Positions 61,700-64,000 of a DNA stretch of 64,000 nucleotides are shown piece by piece. Position numbers and translations under genes: made by a program. The notes below the pieces were generated by a model that ran no database searches, had not been told where the DNA came from, and worked only from the letters and a program-made list of their open reading frames with translations. This DNA is from Mobula hypostoma. Taxonomy: Eukaryota. The stretch covers positions 236,718,001 through 236,782,000 of the forward strand of contig NC_086097.1 of assembly GCF_963921235.1 (NCBI RefSeq), read 5' to 3'. Position 1 is the stretch's first letter. Each line of letters starts with the position of its first letter.

Positions 61700-63718
61700 G
61701 AATAGGAATAAGGAACCTTGGTTCTCAAGGGATATTGCAACTCTGATAAAGAAGAAGAGGGAGTTGTATGAAATGTATAGGAAACAGGGGGTAAATCAGG
61801 TGCTTGAGGAGTATAAGAAGTGCAAGAAAATACTTAAGAAAGAAATCAGGAGGGCAAAAAGAAGACATGAGGTTGCCTTGGCAGTCAAAGTGAAGGATAA
61901 TCCAAAGAGCTTTTACAAGTAAATTAAGAGCAAAAGGATTGTAAGGGATAAAATTGGTCCTCTTGAAGATCAGAGTGGTCGGCTTTGTGCGGAACCAAAG
62001 GAAATGGGGGAGATCTTAAATAGGTTTTTTGCGTCTGTATTTACTAAGGAAGCTGGCATGAAGTCTATGGAATTGTGGGAATCAAGTAGTGAGAACATGG
62101 CAACTGTACAGATTGAAAAGGAGGAGGTGCTTGCTGTCTTGAGGAAAATTAATGTGGATAATTCCCCGGGACCTGACAGGGTGTTCCCTCAGACCTTGAA
62201 GGAGACCAGTGTTGAACTTGCGGGGGCCCTGGCAGAAATATTTAAAATGTCGCTGTCTACGGGTGAAGTGCCGGAGGATTGGAGAGTGGCTCATGTTGTT
62301 CCGTTGTTTAAAAAAGGATCGAAAAGTAATCCGGGAAATTATAGGCCGGTGAGTTTAACATCCGTAGTAGGTAAGTTATTGGAGGGAGTACTAAGAGACA
62401 GAATCTACAAGCATTTGGATAGACAGGGGCTTATTAGGGAGATTCAACATGGCTTTGTGCGTGGTAGGTCATGTTTGACCAATCTGTTGGAGTTTTTCGA
62501 GGAGGGTACCAGGAAAGTTGATGAACGGAAGGCAGTGGATATTGTCTACATGGACTTCAGTAAGGCCTTTGACAAGGTCCCGCATGGGAGGTTAGTTAGG
62601 AAAATTCAGTCGCTAGGTATACATGGAGAGGTGGTAAATTGGATTGGACATTGGCTCGATGGAAGAAGCCAGAGAGTGGTGGTAGAAAATTGCTTCTCTG
62701 AGTGGAGGCCTGTGACTAGTGGTGTGCCACAGGGATCAGTGCTGGGTCCATTGTTATTTGTCATCTGTATCAATGATCTGGATGATAATGTGGTAAATTG
62801 GATCAGCAAGTTTGCTGATGATACAAAGATTGGAGGTGTAGTAGACAGTGAGGAAGGTTTTCAGAGCCTGCAGAGGGACTTGGACCAGCTGGAAAAATGG
62901 GCTGAAAAATGGCAGATGGAGTTTAATACTGACAAGTGTGAGGTATTGCACGTTGGAAGGACAAATCGACGTAGAACATACAGGGTTAATGGTAAGGCAC
63001 TGAGGAGTGCAGTGGAACAGAGGGATCTGGGAATACAGATACAAAATTCCCTAAAAGTGTCGTCACAGGTAGATAGGGTTGTAAAGAGAGCTTTTGGTAC
63101 ATTGGCCTTTATTAATCGTAGTATTGAATATAAGAGCTGGAATGTTATGATGAAGTTGTATAAGGCATTGGTGAGGCCGAATCTGGAGTATTGTGTTCAG
63201 TTTTGGTCACCAAATTACAGGAAGGATATAAATAAGGTTGAAAGAGTGCAGAGAAGGTTTACAAGGATGTTGCCGGGACTTGAGAAACTCAGTTACAGAG
63301 AAGGTTAGGACTTTATTCCCTGGAGCGTAGAAGAATGAGGGGAGATTTGATAGAGGTATATAAAATTATGATGGGTATAGATAGAGTGAATGCAAGCAGG
63401 CTTTTTCCACTGAGGCAAGGGGAGATAAAAACCAGAGGACATGGGTTAAGGGTGAGGGGGGAAAAGTTTAAAGGGAGCATTGGGGGGGCTTCTTCACACA
63501 GAGAGTGGTGGGAGTATGGAATGAGCTGCCAGACGAGGTGGTAAATGTGGGTTCTTTTTTAACATTTAAGAATAAATTGGACAGATACATGGATGGGAGG
63601 TGTATGGAGGGATATGGTCCGTGTGCAGGTCAGTGGGACTAGGCAGAAAATGGTTCGGCACAGCCAAGAAGGGCCAAAGGGCCTGTTTCTGTGCTGTAGT
63701 TTCTATGGTTTCTATGGT
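61700..63718 (+). mobile_element. 5'-truncated CR1 LINE with the RT largely intact
   Basis: ORFs 61698-61922, 62004-63308 (NYRPVSLTS, GVPQGSVLGP, FADD) and 63335-63544; tail TTTCTATGGTTTCTATGGT. Confidence 0.95.
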
Positions 63719-64000
63719 AAGAGCTAAAAAGTTGAAGCGTGGATGACTTTAGAGAATAGATGAGAGAAGAAATTGGGGGAGAGCATGCAAGGGTCAAAGT
63801 TCTTTTACATAAACCAACTTTCCATTTATGGACTCTAAACCAACTTCAAACTCCCAATAAACCAAAGAAAGTGTGTGCTTAATGTTGTTTTGGAAGATTG
63901 GTTTGTGTGTTTGAATTGACCGTCTCCGAATTATAGCCATCCTACGCGTCTGTCCTGTTGTGAAACTGCCTATAATTCAGAGAACTGTTTTTTGTTAATA

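Overview
This is eukaryotic (vertebrate) non-genic or intronic DNA made largely of transposable-element insertions and their debris. The repeat mix (HER1/CR1 LINEs, HE1-type SINEs, Penelope-like elements) suggests an elasmobranch (shark or ray); this is inference. I found no supportable host exon. Main contents: many CR1 LINE copies of different ages; a 5'-truncated L1 nested in a Harbinger-type MITE; a Penelope-like element (RT + GIY-YIG); a hAT derivative with a nested hairpin MITE; Tc1-like and Rex1/Babar fragments; solo LTRs; and a two-LTR retroviral-like provirus (tRNA-Leu PBS, 5-bp TSD, internally deleted pol) with a GC-rich BovB-like RTE LINE inside its 5' LTR. The most interesting signal is a family of minimal type I hammerhead ribozyme motifs from the Penelope 3' repeat. 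These occur in short TSD-flanked palindromic insertions. One insertion (25283-25727) holds five hammerheads in tandem 53-nt units whose boundaries fall at the predicted cleavage site, which resembles a very small retrozyme. All alignments, base pairings and counts were done by eye.
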